Of a stretch of DNA of 64,000 bases, positions 38,666 to 50,581 are shown one piece after another. This stretch comes from Longimicrobiales bacterium. GTDB taxonomy: Bacteria > Gemmatimonadota > Gemmatimonadetes > Longimicrobiales > Gaopeijiaceae. Each line of letters starts with the position of its first letter. The first letter of the stretch is position 1. Location: contig CBDCKN010000015.1 in the NCBI GenBank assembly GCA_965218295.1, positions 352,001 to 416,000 on the forward strand, read 5' to 3'. The notes under the pieces were generated by a model. The model was given only the letters and a program-made list of their open reading frames with translations, did no database searches and was not told where the DNA came from. Position numbers and translations under genes: made by a program.

Positions 38666-40933
38666 ATGGACGCTCGCAGCAAAGCGGCCTTGGAGTATCA
38701 CACCAAGGGTCGACCTGGCAAAATAGAAGTCCTTCCCACCAAGCCACTGAACACACAGAGAGACCTGTCCCTCGCGTACAGTCCGGGTGTGGCGGTGCCC
38801 TGTCTGAAGATCCACGAGAGACCGGACGACGTCTTCAAGTATACGGCGCGCGGCAACTTGGTTGCTGTCGTCTCCAATGGGACGGCGGTTCTGGGACTCG
38901 GCAACATCGGACCGATGGCGTCGAAGCCGGTCATGGAAGGCAAAGGCGTGCTCTTCAAGAAGTTCGCCGGCATCGACGTGTTCGATCTGGAGGTCGGCTC
39001 CGAAGACCCCGAGGACGTCATCCGGTTCTGTGAGCTCCTCGAGCCGACCGTGGGTGGAATCAACTTGGAAGACATCAAGGCTCCCGACTGCTTCGTCATC
39101 GAGAGGCGACTCAAGGAGGGCCTGGACATTCCGGTCTTCCACGACGACCAGCACGGGACGGCCATCATCAGCGCCGCGGCTCTCATGAACGCACTCGAGC
39201 TCATCGGAAAGAGGCCATCGAAGATCAAGGTGGTGTTCAGTGGCGCCGGTGCGTCGGCCATCTCCACCGCGGAGCACTTCACGCGGATCGGGATTCTCCG
39301 TGCGAACATCCTCATGGTGGACAGCGAGGGGGTGATTTATGAGGGACGCCAGGAGGGCATGAACGAATACAAAGCGCCCTTCGCCGTCCGGACCGACCTC
39401 CGTACCCTGGAGGACGCCATGAAAGGGGCCGACGTGTTCATCGGCCTCTCGGTTCGCGGGCTGGTGACCAAGGAGATGGTGGCCTCCATGGCCAAGCGTC
39501 CCATCATTTTCGCGCTGGCCAATCCCGATCCGGAAGTCACGCCCGAAGAGGTGGCTGAGGTGCGGAACGACGCTATCGTCGCTACGGGGCGCTCGGACTA
39601 TCCGAATCAGGTGAACAACGTTCTCGGGTTCCCGTTCCTGTTCCGTGGCGCCCTGGACGTCCGGGCCAAGGCCATCAACGAGGAGATGATGCTGGCGGCC
39701 ACCCGTGCCCTGGCCGAGCTGGCGAAGGCCACGGTGCCCCAATACGTGACCGCGGCCTATGGCGGCGAGTCCTTCGAGTTCGGCCACGAGTACCTGATTC
39801 CCAAGCCGTTCGACTCCCGAGTGCTCTTCCACGTGGCTCCGGCCGTGGCGAAGGCGGCCATGGAGTCCGGCGTCGCGCGGGAGGAGATCGACCTCGAGGA
39901 GTACGAGGATCGGCTCAAGGCGAGCCTGGGGCCGAGTGGCGAGGTCATGCGAGGGATGGTCAGCCGTGCGCGGAAGCGACCCATGCGCGTGGTCCTCACG
40001 GACGGCTACAACGAGCGCGTGATCCGTGCCTGCCAGCAGATCGTGGAGGACGGCGTCGCGATCCCGGTCCTCATCGGCCGGGAAGACAAGGTCCACAGGA
40101 TCTGCGAGCTCCACGGCGTCGACATCACCGGCACTGAGATCGTCCACCCGATCCTGAGCGACGAGGTGCGCCACGAATACGCCGAGGAGCTGTACCAGTC
40201 CCGTCGGCGGAAGGGACTGACCCGCGCCGAGGCTCGTTCGCGGATGTACCAGCCCGGCTACTTCGCCGGCATGATGATCCGGCTAGGTGACGCCGACGCC
40301 ATGGTCGCCGGCATCGAGTCCCACTATGCGGAGGTCTTGCGGCCGGCGCTGCAGGTCCTCGGTCGGGCCGACGGGGTGCGGAGGGTGGCCGCCATGTACG
40401 TGGTGGCTCTTCGCGACAGGGAGCTCCTCTTCTTCGGCGACACCGCCGTGAACATCGACCCCGACGCGGATGTTCTCACGGACATCGCTCTGCTCACAGC
40501 TGGCTTCGTGGAGAAGCTCGGAATCGAGCCGCGCATCGCCATGCTCTCGTTCTCCAACTTCGGATCGGCTAGCCATCCCGAGTCCGAGAAGGTGCGGGCG
40601 GCCGTCGACCAGGTAAAGGCGCTCCGCCCGGATCTGGAGGTCGACGGCGAGATGCAGGCCGACACGGCGGTAAACACCGAGATCTTGCGGGAGCAGTATC
40701 CGTTCAGCACGCTTACGCGGGCGGCCAACGTGCTCATCTTCCCGAACCTCGCTTCCGCCAACGCCTCCTATAAGTTGTTGGCGGAGATCGGAGGGGCGGA
40801 TGTGATCGGTCCGATCCTGCTGGGGATGAAGCATCCCGTTCACTTCCTGCAGCGGGGATCCACCGTCCAGGACGTCGTGAATCTGGTCACTCTGGCGTCG
40901 GTGGACGCGCAGGCCCGATCTGCACAAGATTAG
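38666..40933 (+). CDS. maeB: NADP-dependent malic enzyme with PTA-like C-terminal domain
   Basis: [58 protein letters not shown]. Confidence 0.96.
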   Translation: MDARSKAALEYHTKGRPGKIEVLPTKPLNTQRDLSLAYSPGVAVPCLKIHERPDDVFKYTARGNLVAVVSNGTAVLGLGNIGPMASKPVMEGKGVLFKKFAGIDVFDLEVGSEDPEDVIRFCELLEPTVGGINLEDIKAPDCFVIERRLKEGLDIPVFHDDQHGTAIISAAALMNALELIGKRPSKIKVVFSGAGASAISTAEHFTRIGILRANILMVDSEGVIYEGRQEGMNEYKAPFAVRTDLRTLEDAMKGADVFIGLSVRGLVTKEMVASMAKRPIIFALANPDPEVTPEEVAEVRNDAIVATGRSDYPNQVNNVLGFPFLFRGALDVRAKAINEEMMLAATRALAELAKATVPQYVTAAYGGESFEFGHEYLIPKPFDSRVLFHVAPAVAKAAMESGVAREEIDLEEYEDRLKASLGPSGEVMRGMVSRARKRPMRVVLTDGYNERVIRACQQIVEDGVAIPVLIGREDKVHRICELHGVDITGTEIVHPILSDEVRHEYAEELYQSRRRKGLTRAEARSRMYQPGYFAGMMIRLGDADAMVAGIESHYAEVLRPALQVLGRADGVRRVAAMYVVALRDRELLFFGDTAVNIDPDADVLTDIALLTAGFVEKLGIEPRIAMLSFSNFGSASHPESEKVRAAVDQVKALRPDLEVDGEMQADTAVNTEILREQYPFSTLTRAANVLIFPNLASANASYKLLAEIGGADVIGPILLGMKHPVHFLQRGSTVQDVVNLVTLASVDAQARSAQD

Positions 40934-41009
40934 CGCTGGACTCGACCTAGGCGGTCGGTGTTTTCTCGGTGTTGAGCTCTACTGAAGAGAAGGAATAAAG
41001 GACCGATCA

Positions 41010-42635
41010 GTGGCGACAGAGATCGAGGGCAATCCGTCGATGATTGGAGCGAGGGCCTCCGCCCGAGCGGGACTGGACACCCACGCACTCGACCCGCAGA
41101 AGCAGGTGCACTGGAATCTCTCCCCCGCTCAGCTCTACGAACGGGCGCTGGCGCGGGGGGAGGGACGACTGACCCACATGGGTGGGTTCACGGTCGTTAC
41201 GGCCCCTCACACGGGGCGCTCGCCGAACGACAGGTTCACGGTCAAGGAGTCCGCCACGGGCGAGGGCATCGACTGGGGCGCCGTGAACGTACCCCTGAGC
41301 GAGGACCACTTCTACGCGCTTCGTGACGAGGTCATCGCTTTTCTGAACGAGCAGGAGCTGTTCGTCCGGGACGCCAAGGCCTGCGCTCATCCGGGTCACG
41401 GACTGAACGTCCGGGTGGTGACGCACAACGCATGGCACAACCTTTTCGCCTACAACATGTTCCTGCGGCCCAACGCCGAGGAGCTCGAGGGTTTCCAGCC
41501 CGGCTTCACGGTGCTCCATGCGCCCGGCTTCCTGGCCGACCCGGCGAGGCACGGCACGAACAGCGCCACGTTCATAGTCGTGAACTTCCAAGAGCGCCAA
41601 GTCCTGATCGGGGGCTCCAACTACGCCGGCGAGATCAAGAAGTCGATCTTCTCGGTCCTGAACTACATGCTCCCGGACCAGGGCGTGCTGCCCATGCACT
41701 GCTCGGCCAATGTCGGTCCCGACGGCGACACGGCGCTCTTCTTCGGCCTTTCGGGCACAGGCAAGACGACCCTTTCGGCCGATCCGGAGCGGGGACTTAT
41801 CGGCGACGACGAGCACGGCTGGGGCGAGTCCGGGATCTTCAACTTCGAGGGCGGTTGCTACGCGAAGACCATCAAGCTCTCGCCGGAGGGTGAGCCGGAG
41901 ATCTACCAGGCGACCAAGATGTTCGGGACGATCCTCGAAAACGTCATCCTCGACGACGACACCCAGGACATCGACTTCGACGACGGGAGCATCACCGAGA
42001 ACACCCGTGCGTCGTACCCCATCCACTACATTCCCAACGCCGTGGTCCCGGGTCTGGGCGGGCACCCGAAGAACTTGGTTTTCCTGACAGCCGATGCCTT
42101 CGGCGTCCTGCCTCCCATCTCCGAGCTCTCGCCGGAGCAGGCCATGTATCACTTCGTATCGGGCTACACGGCGAAGGTGGCGGGGACCGAGCGGGGGATC
42201 ACCGAGCCCAAGGCAACGTTCAGCGCCTGCTTCGGGGCGCCGTTCCTGCCGAGACACCCGGGGGAGTACGCCGAGATGCTCGGTGAGCGACTCCGGGAGC
42301 ACGGCTCCAGGGTCTGGCTCGTGAACACCGGGTGGAGCGGGGGGGGATACGGTGTGGGAAGCCGCATGAAGCTGTCGTACACGCGGGCCATGGTGAGCGC
42401 TGCGCTGGCCGGTGAGCTGGATGGGGTCGCCACCGAGGCCGATCCGGTCTTCGGGCTGCACATCCCCGCGGAGGTTGCGGGCGTGCCCACCGAGGTTCTG
42501 AACCCGCGCACCACCTGGGCCGACGGGGCCGAGTACGATGCGGCCACCGAGAAGCTGGCCTCCATGTTCAAGGAGAACTTCGCCCAATTCGAGGCGCAGG
42601 TTGCCGAGGGCGTGAAGGAGGCGGGGCCGAAATAG
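41010..42635 (+). CDS. pckA: Phosphoenolpyruvate carboxykinase (ATP)
   Basis: TGRSPNDRF, YAGEIKKS, MHCSAN, GLSGTGKTTLS, IGDDEHGW, NFEGGCYAK. Confidence 0.97.
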   Translation: MATEIEGNPSMIGARASARAGLDTHALDPQKQVHWNLSPAQLYERALARGEGRLTHMGGFTVVTAPHTGRSPNDRFTVKESATGEGIDWGAVNVPLSEDHFYALRDEVIAFLNEQELFVRDAKACAHPGHGLNVRVVTHNAWHNLFAYNMFLRPNAEELEGFQPGFTVLHAPGFLADPARHGTNSATFIVVNFQERQVLIGGSNYAGEIKKSIFSVLNYMLPDQGVLPMHCSANVGPDGDTALFFGLSGTGKTTLSADPERGLIGDDEHGWGESGIFNFEGGCYAKTIKLSPEGEPEIYQATKMFGTILENVILDDDTQDIDFDDGSITENTRASYPIHYIPNAVVPGLGGHPKNLVFLTADAFGVLPPISELSPEQAMYHFVSGYTAKVAGTERGITEPKATFSACFGAPFLPRHPGEYAEMLGERLREHGSRVWLVNTGWSGGGYGVGSRMKLSYTRAMVSAALAGELDGVATEADPVFGLHIPAEVAGVPTEVLNPRTTWADGAEYDAATEKLASMFKENFAQFEAQVAEGVKEAGPK

Positions 42636-42695
42636 GGTGGCCTGATGCCCGTCGGTTACGAGGCCCCCGCCTCCAATCGAGTGAATGATCGACCT

Positions 42696-43154
42696 ATGGC
42701 AAAGTCCTATTGGCTCATGAAGAGCGAGCCCGACGTCTACTCCATCGACGACCTCAAGAACGACAAGACGACCTACTGGGAGGGCGTGCGGAACTATCAG
42801 GCTCGAAATCACATGATGGCCATGAAGAAGGGCGACGAGGTCCTCTACTACCACAGCCAGCAGACGCCGCCGGGCGTAGTGGGCGTCGCCCAGGTGATCA
42901 AGGAGGCGTATCCGGACTTCACCCAGTTCGACAAGAAGCACAAGTACTTCGATCCGAAGTCCAGCGAGGAAAAGCCGCGCTGGTGGATGGTGGATATCCG
43001 CTTCGTGAAGAAGCTGAAGTCGGAGGTCTCGCTGCATGACATCAAGGCCGTGAAGACGCTCTCCGACATGGTCCTCGTGAACAATTCCAGACTCTCGGTC
43101 CAGCCCGTCCAAAAGAAGGAGTTCGACATGATCCTGAAAATGTGTGGAGGCTGA
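42696..43154 (+). CDS. EVE domain protein
   Basis: YWLMKSEP, WEGVRNYQARN, LYYHS, YFDPKS, RLSVQPV. Confidence 0.93.
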   Translation: MAKSYWLMKSEPDVYSIDDLKNDKTTYWEGVRNYQARNHMMAMKKGDEVLYYHSQQTPPGVVGVAQVIKEAYPDFTQFDKKHKYFDPKSSEEKPRWWMVDIRFVKKLKSEVSLHDIKAVKTLSDMVLVNNSRLSVQPVQKKEFDMILKMCGG

Positions 43155-43185
43155 GGACGTATTACTGCTGAGGCCACGCGTGGCC

Positions 43186-43332
43186 ATGTTCCGCGCCATG
43201 ATAGCGACGGTCCAGGCCATCAACGGCGATCACATCAGCCAGCTCGCCAACCGGGGGGAGCACCACCTCGAGGTCGCCTGTATGACCTGCCATGCGGGGC
43301 GCCCGCAGCCCGCCACGCTCGAGCAGGAGGTG
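43186..43332 (+). pseudogene. Remnant of a c-type cytochrome
   Basis: RAMIATVQAINGDHI...VACMTCHAGRPQPATL: one CxxCH with no signal peptide or credible N-terminus. Confidence 0.55.
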
Positions 43333-43420
43333 ACCTGGGGGCCGGGCTCTGCCCCCTCTTGGAGACGGAGCCCTCGCCCCCGGGCCCCGGTTTTCGCGCC
43401 GTCCGCTCTAGCAGTCCCGT

Positions 43421-43447
43421 GCGGCCCGGACACGGGCCGCTTATTGT
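43421..43447 (+). terminator. Terminator-like hairpin
   Basis: GCGGCCCG-GACA-CGGGCCGC followed by TTATTGT. Confidence 0.45.
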
Positions 43448-43513
43448 GAGTGCGCATCCGTGGTAATCGGGGTTACTCGGCGTGAGCGTCCCCCTGGTAA
43501 GGCTGGAAGCGTT

Positions 43514-45049
<1,536 letters not shown>

Positions 45050-45160
45050 GCGCCTAGCTAGCCTGAACGGATAGGCGGCCCGTCATCTCGCGTCATTGAG
45101 GGACGGGTCGCCGGCACATCGGGGCTCCGCGGCCCTACGCGAGAAACACGGGAGGCAAGG

Positions 45161-46483
45161 ATGGAGACCATTGGAGCCGATACCCTGATGAAGAGCCAAG
45201 CCGTTATGGCGGGCCAGAACGAGTTCGTATTCCCGGCCGCCAAGCCGCTATACGACGAGCCCCTCGTTCTGGCCGAGGGCGAAGGTGTGCGGGTACGAGA
45301 CGCCGACGGTCGCGAGTACCTGGACCTGTTCAGTGGCATCCTCACCACGTCCGTGGGACACTGCAACCCCAAGGTGGTGGCCCGAGTCCAGGAGCAGATG
45401 GGCTGCCTGGGCCACACCTCCACGCTCTACGTCACCGAGCCTCACGTCGACGCCGCCCGCCGCCTGGCCGACATCGCGCCCGGCCAGCTGAGCCAGACGT
45501 TCTTCACCAACTCAGGAACCGAGGCCATCGAGACGGCCATCCACATGGCCTGCTTGCACACGGGTCGCACGGAGATCGTCGCCCTCCGGCAGGCGTACCA
45601 CGGCCGCAGCTTCCTGGCCACCAACATTACGGCGGTGAGCGCCTGGCGGCCGATGGCCACCACGTTCCCGGGCATCAAGCACACGCTGACTCCTTACCCG
45701 TACCGCTGCCCGTTCAAGCAGCCGTGCGACGAGAGCTGCACCGAGGCGTTCACCGAGGACCTCGAGGACGTCATCCGGACGACCACCAACGGACGTCCGG
45801 CCGCGTTTATCGCCGAGTCCATCATGGGTGTCGGGGGCTATATCGTGCCGCCGCCGGGATACTTCGAGCGGGCCGCCGAGATCATCCGGTCGTACGGCGG
45901 CCTCTTCATCTCGGACGAGGTCCAGTCCGGCTTCGGCCGCTCCGGCGAGCGCTGGTTCGCCATCGAACATGCGGGCGTCGAGCCCGACATCATGGTCATG
46001 GCCAAGGGCATCGCCAACGGAATGCCCGTGGGCGCCACCATCACACGGCCGGACATCGCCGCGTCGTGGAAGTCGAAAACGATCTCCACCTTCGGGGGCA
46101 ATCCGGTGTCGATGGCGGCGACCACTGCCACCCTGGAGGTCATGGTGGAGGAGGACGTGCCGCAGCGGGCCAAGGAGCGGGGTGGGCAGCTCTACGCCGG
46201 CCTCATGGAGCTCTACGCGCTCTTTCGCTGGATCGGAGATGCCAGGGGCATGGGCCTCATGCAGGCTCTGGAGCTCGTGGAGGATCCGGACACAAAGGAG
46301 CCGTCGCCGCAGAAGACGAAGGCCCTTCTGGAGGCCGCCAGGGAAGAGGGTCTCCTCATCGGGATCGGAGGCCTCCACGGCCACGTCATCCGCATTGGGC
46401 CGTCACTCCTCATCACCGAGGATGAGATGGCGGAGGGACTGGAGCGCCTGGAGCGGGCGTGTCACCGGGTCGAGGGCGCTTAG
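45161..46483 (+). CDS. Class III aminotransferase (AGXT2-like; possible beta-alanine/3-aminoisobutyrate transaminase)
   Basis: FTNSGTEA, AYHG, ISDEVQSGFGRSG, PLP-lysine MAKGIANG, STFGGNP. Confidence 0.88.
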   Translation: METIGADTLMKSQAVMAGQNEFVFPAAKPLYDEPLVLAEGEGVRVRDADGREYLDLFSGILTTSVGHCNPKVVARVQEQMGCLGHTSTLYVTEPHVDAARRLADIAPGQLSQTFFTNSGTEAIETAIHMACLHTGRTEIVALRQAYHGRSFLATNITAVSAWRPMATTFPGIKHTLTPYPYRCPFKQPCDESCTEAFTEDLEDVIRTTTNGRPAAFIAESIMGVGGYIVPPPGYFERAAEIIRSYGGLFISDEVQSGFGRSGERWFAIEHAGVEPDIMVMAKGIANGMPVGATITRPDIAASWKSKTISTFGGNPVSMAATTATLEVMVEEDVPQRAKERGGQLYAGLMELYALFRWIGDARGMGLMQALELVEDPDTKEPSPQKTKALLEAAREEGLLIGIGGLHGHVIRIGPSLLITEDEMAEGLERLERACHRVEGA

Positions 46484-46647
46484 TGTCCCGTTGCCGAAGT
46501 GTCTCGGCCAGTCGAGGACACGCTGCATCCCTGGGCTCGGCGTTGGGACTCCTTACCGTAGCTTTGGCTACGCCGCGTCGTCCCGCCTTGATCCCAGGGC
46601 GCCCCCACCCTCTTGGTGGATCGCGAACTTCGGCAACGGAACACTAG
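46481..46647. mobile_element. MITE-like miniature inverted-repeat element
   Basis: 20 nt terminal inverted repeats (TAGTGTCCCGTTGCCGAAGT versus reverse complement of 46627-46646, 19/20), TTAG/CTAG ends, internal nested palindrome, no coding capacity. Confidence 0.75.
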
Positions 46648-46650
46648 CCG

Positions 46651-48135
46651 GTGACCTCCACGGTCATCATCGGAGTCCTCGTTGTATACCTTCTCGTCCT
46701 TCTGGGCCTCGGCCTGTGGGGGAGCAGAGCCTCCGGGAGCGTGGCCGGTTACTACGTGGCCGACAAGAAGCTTCCCTCGTGGGTCATCGCCTTCAGCTCC
46801 AACTCCACCGGTGAGAGCGCCTGGCTGCTCCTGGGGCTCACCGGGATGGGGTACGCCGTAGGCTTCCACGCTCTGTGGGTCGTGGTGGGGGAGTTCCTCG
46901 GCGTTCTAATAGCGTGGAAGTACGTGGCCCGCCCCTTCAAGGAGTACACCGACCGGCACGACTCCATCACGGTTCCCGACTATCTGGAATCCAGGTTCCA
47001 CGATACAGGTCACGTCATTCGCGTGATCAGCATGATCATCATCGTGAGCATGGTCACCGCCTACACTGCGGCTCAGCTCACGGCCTCGGGGAAGGCCTTC
47101 GGGTCGTTCCTGAACACGAGCTACTCGATGGGGGTCTGGATCGGTGCCGCGGTGATCCTCTACTACACGACGGTGGGTGGCTTCAAGGCGGTGGCATACA
47201 GCGATCTTTTCCAGGGCGTGCTGATGTTCATGTGCCTGGCCGTGCTCCCGGTGGTTGGGATCGCCGCCGCAGGAGGCTGGTCGTCGATGGTCGAGGGCCT
47301 TCGGGCGCAGGACCCGAGCCTCCTGGGCCCCATGGGCGCCGCCGGATTCAGTCTCAGGGGCATCATCGATGTCGCCGGGTTCATCGCCATCGGACTCGCC
47401 TTTATGGGCTCGCCACAGCTTCTCACCCGTTTCATCGCCGCCCGGGGGCATCGCGACATCGTCCAAGGGGGCAGGATCGCCGTGTTCTGCATCCTGATCT
47501 TCGACCTCGGGGCGGTCTTCGGGGGGATGGCGGGACGCGTGCTCTTCCCGGGGCTCGCCGACCAGGAGACGATCCTTCCGGTCATGAGCAGCTCCCTCTT
47601 CCCGGCGCTCTTCACGGGGATCTTCCTGGTGGTGGTCCTGGCGGCCATCATGTCCACGGTGGACTCCCTCCTGATCCTTGCGTCCTCGGCGGTGGTGAGG
47701 GACATCGTCCAGCAGATCTTCCACCCCGACGTAAGCGAGCGGCAGCTCTCCCTCTACGGAAAGGGCGTCACCGTCGTCATCGGAACCGCGGCGTTGGCGG
47801 CGGCACTGACGGAGGCCAGGGCGATCTTCTGGCTCGTGCTCTTCGCCTGGTCGGGTCTGGCCAGCGCCTTTACACCGGTGGTTCTCTGCTCGCTCTTCTG
47901 GAAGGGGACCACCCGAGCCGGGGCTATCGCAGGGATGGTCTGTGGATTCCTGGCGGCCGTGCTCTGGGTTCTGCTGCTCAAGGGGCGGTTCTTCGATCTC
48001 TACGAGATGATCCCCGGATTCGCGGTAGGGTTCGTTGTGACCATCGGCGTCAGCCTGGCCACCTCCCCGCCGCCGGGCGCTGCGGAGGAGATGGACTCCG
48101 TTCGGGAGGTGGTGAGGGCACCGGCCTCCGCCTAG
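46651..48135 (+). CDS. Sodium:solute symporter (PutP-like)
   Basis: ESAWLLLGLTG, TVPDYLESRF, GGFKAVAYSD, LAAIMSTVDS; about 13 TM segments. Confidence 0.9.
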   Translation: MTSTVIIGVLVVYLLVLLGLGLWGSRASGSVAGYYVADKKLPSWVIAFSSNSTGESAWLLLGLTGMGYAVGFHALWVVVGEFLGVLIAWKYVARPFKEYTDRHDSITVPDYLESRFHDTGHVIRVISMIIIVSMVTAYTAAQLTASGKAFGSFLNTSYSMGVWIGAAVILYYTTVGGFKAVAYSDLFQGVLMFMCLAVLPVVGIAAAGGWSSMVEGLRAQDPSLLGPMGAAGFSLRGIIDVAGFIAIGLAFMGSPQLLTRFIAARGHRDIVQGGRIAVFCILIFDLGAVFGGMAGRVLFPGLADQETILPVMSSSLFPALFTGIFLVVVLAAIMSTVDSLLILASSAVVRDIVQQIFHPDVSERQLSLYGKGVTVVIGTAALAAALTEARAIFWLVLFAWSGLASAFTPVVLCSLFWKGTTRAGAIAGMVCGFLAAVLWVLLLKGRFFDLYEMIPGFAVGFVVTIGVSLATSPPPGAAEEMDSVREVVRAPASA

Positions 48136-48181
48136 GGGCCTCTCTTCGGCCTGGACCTGAGCAGGGCCGGCCGCTGAGGAC

Positions 48182-49372
48182 TCAGGCGCCCAGGACCCCG
48201 TCAGCCAACAGCTTCTCGATCTCGTCGGGTCCGTAGCCCAGCTCGGCCATGACCTCGCGAGTGTGCTCCCCGGCGCGAGGGGGCACAGTGCGGGTCTGGG
48301 GCCTTTCGTCGTCCCAACGGAGCGGGATGGCCACGTCCCGGTAGTTGGGAATCTCCGGATGATCGACCCGGGAAAGCATGCCGGACGCTTCAACCTGCGG
48401 GTCTTTGGTCACGTCAGCCATGTCCTGGATCGGAGCCGCGGGAACAGCGTGCTCCCCCAGGAGTTCCCAGAGGCCCCGGGTCGTGTGCGCTTGCGTTGCC
48501 GCGGTCAGGACGGCGGAGAGCTCGTCCCGGTTCTCCACCCTTGCCGGATTGCTGTCGTAGCGCGGATCGTCCACGAGCTCCGGGAGCTCGAGCGCCACGC
48601 ACAGCCGGCCGAACAAGGCGTCGCTTCCTGCGGCGATCATCAGCTGTCCGTCCTCGGTGGGAAACACGCCGTACGGTGCGATCATCCCGGAGCGGGACCC
48701 CATGGGCCCAGGCACCCTCCCGTCGGCCAGATAGCCCATGAGGTGATAGGAGACCCAACCGAGAGCGGTATCGAGAAGAGCCGTCGTCACGTGGCAGCCT
48801 TTCCCTGTCTCGGAGCGGCGCCGCAGGGCGGCCAGGACTCCCAGGGCGCCCCACATGCCGGTGCCGAAGTCCACCACCGGGCCACCCACACGGGCCGGCC
48901 CGGTCTCCGCGTGGCCCGTAATCGACATGATGCCGCCGTACGCCTGCATGAGGGGGTCGTACCCGGGCAGGTCCTTGAGCGGCCCGGAAGGTCCGTACGC
49001 CGTCACGGATACATAGATGATCTCCGGACGCCTGGCCTTCACCGCTTCGTAGTCCAGGCCGAGCTCCTCGACGACGCCGGCCCGGAGCGACTGCACGAAG
49101 ACGTCGGCGCCATCGGTCAGCTTCTAGACGATCTCCCTGCCACGGTCGCTCTTCAGGTCGAGGCGGACGCTCCGCTTGTTACGGTTCGTGGAGAGGAACA
49201 GAGGGCTCTCGCCGCCCCAGAACGGGGGACCCCAGGCGCGTGCGGCGTCTCCCTTGGGCGGCTCCACCTTCACGACATCCGCGCCGAGGTCGCCGAGGAT
49301 CTGCGTGCAATAAGGCCCCGCGAGGTTCTGCGTCAGATCCACCACCCGAAGACCCCTGAGGTGATCGGTCAC
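48182..49372 (-). pseudogene. CoA-transferase family III (CaiB/BaiF) interrupted by an in-frame TAG at 49124-49126
   Basis: [31 protein letters not shown], then EIV*KLTDGADVFVQSLRAG in the same frame, GYDPLMQA, GEHTREV. Confidence 0.85.
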
Positions 49373-50493
49373 GCTGGGGCCCTGCGCTTGCCTCGGCGCC
49401 GTCGTATGGCCCCTTCCTCCCGCCACTTCTGCGGCGTCACCGTCCGCTCCAACTCCCTCGGGCGAAGCTCGAACCAGCGCGCCACGAGGAGGATCTCCGC
49501 CGCTTCGTGGGGCTGCAGCGCCCCGGGACCCCGCTCGACGCTCCGGTATACGTCCTCGACGGCCTTCGACACCCGGCTCCGATCCCGCTTCGACTTCGGA
49601 TACGCATAGTCACGTCGAATGCGGCCCCGGCGGATCAGATAGACACGATCGTCGCCTGCGAATCCCGGCACTCTGTAGAGAAACGTCAGGCTCTCGACAC
49701 GACCCCTGAACGCGGCGAGCTGATCCTGGAAGGCCTGTAGCCTTTCGATTCGATCCCTGAGGACGCCCGCGTACTCGAAATCGAGACGACCCACCGCCGC
49801 CTCCATGCGACGCTCGAGGCCGACGAGGGGCTCGCGGGTCCGACCTTCGAGGAACCGGCGAGCCACGGCGACTTGTCTCTGATAAGCGTCTCCGGTGGTC
49901 CCGCCGCAGCACGGGGCGAGGCATGTCCCCAGCTCGGCTCTCATACAGAGCGGCGTGCGCCCGCCGCTGAACATCTCGAGCTGGTCGTCGAAGCACACCG
50001 GCGTGGACCCTGGACAGTCCCTCAAACCCACGGCGTGTGCCAGCTCTCGAACGGTGCGCCCCACCTGTCCCACGGCCGGGAATGGACCGAAGTAGAGGGA
50101 TCCGTCGGCGATGACACGGGTCACGGGCAGGATACGCGGTGCGATCTCCCGCGTCAGCTTCAGGAACGCGTAGATGCGCTTGCGCTTGTGCTGGACGTTG
50201 AAGGTGGGCTGCCAGCGCTGGATGAGCTTCATCTCCCGCACTAGGGCAGAGAACTCGTTCGGAATGTACTCCCAGCGGATGCAACCGGTCTCACGGATCA
50301 GATTGGCGGCCTTGTCACCCGGCGGCGCCCGGAAATAGGAGAGCAGGCGCGTCCTCACCCGCACCGACTTTCCCACGTACAGAGGATGCCCATCGACGCC
50401 GAGCAGCTGATAGATGCCCGGTCGGTTCTCGGCGTGGGTACGTACGTGCTCTCGGAGGGCAGAGGTTGGCACGCTCTCTGGTGTTGGAGTCAC
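49369..50493 (-). CDS. UvrC N-terminal-like (Cho-like) GIY-YIG nuclease with UVR domain
   Basis: PGIYQL..LYVGKS..RLLSYF, YFGPF, Cys cluster, [18 protein letters not shown]; no RNase H-like or HhH C-terminus; start approximate. Confidence 0.82.
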   Translation of the reverse strand: MTPTPESVPTSALREHVRTHAENRPGIYQLLGVDGHPLYVGKSVRVRTRLLSYFRAPPGDKAANLIRETGCIRWEYIPNEFSALVREMKLIQRWQPTFNVQHKRKRIYAFLKLTREIAPRILPVTRVIADGSLYFGPFPAVGQVGRTVRELAHAVGLRDCPGSTPVCFDDQLEMFSGGRTPLCMRAELGTCLAPCCGGTTGDAYQRQVAVARRFLEGRTREPLVGLERRMEAAVGRLDFEYAGVLRDRIERLQAFQDQLAAFRGRVESLTFLYRVPGFAGDDRVYLIRRGRIRRDYAYPKSKRDRSRVSKAVEDVYRSVERGPGALQPHEAAEILLVARWFELRPRELERTVTPQKWREEGAIRRRRGKRRAPA

Positions 50494-50581
50494 GGCACTT
50501 TCGCTTTTCCTTCGGTAAGTATAAGGGCCCCCGACCCAAAGAGCCATTGCTCCCGATGGCGCCGCACTGCTAACGTCCGCC

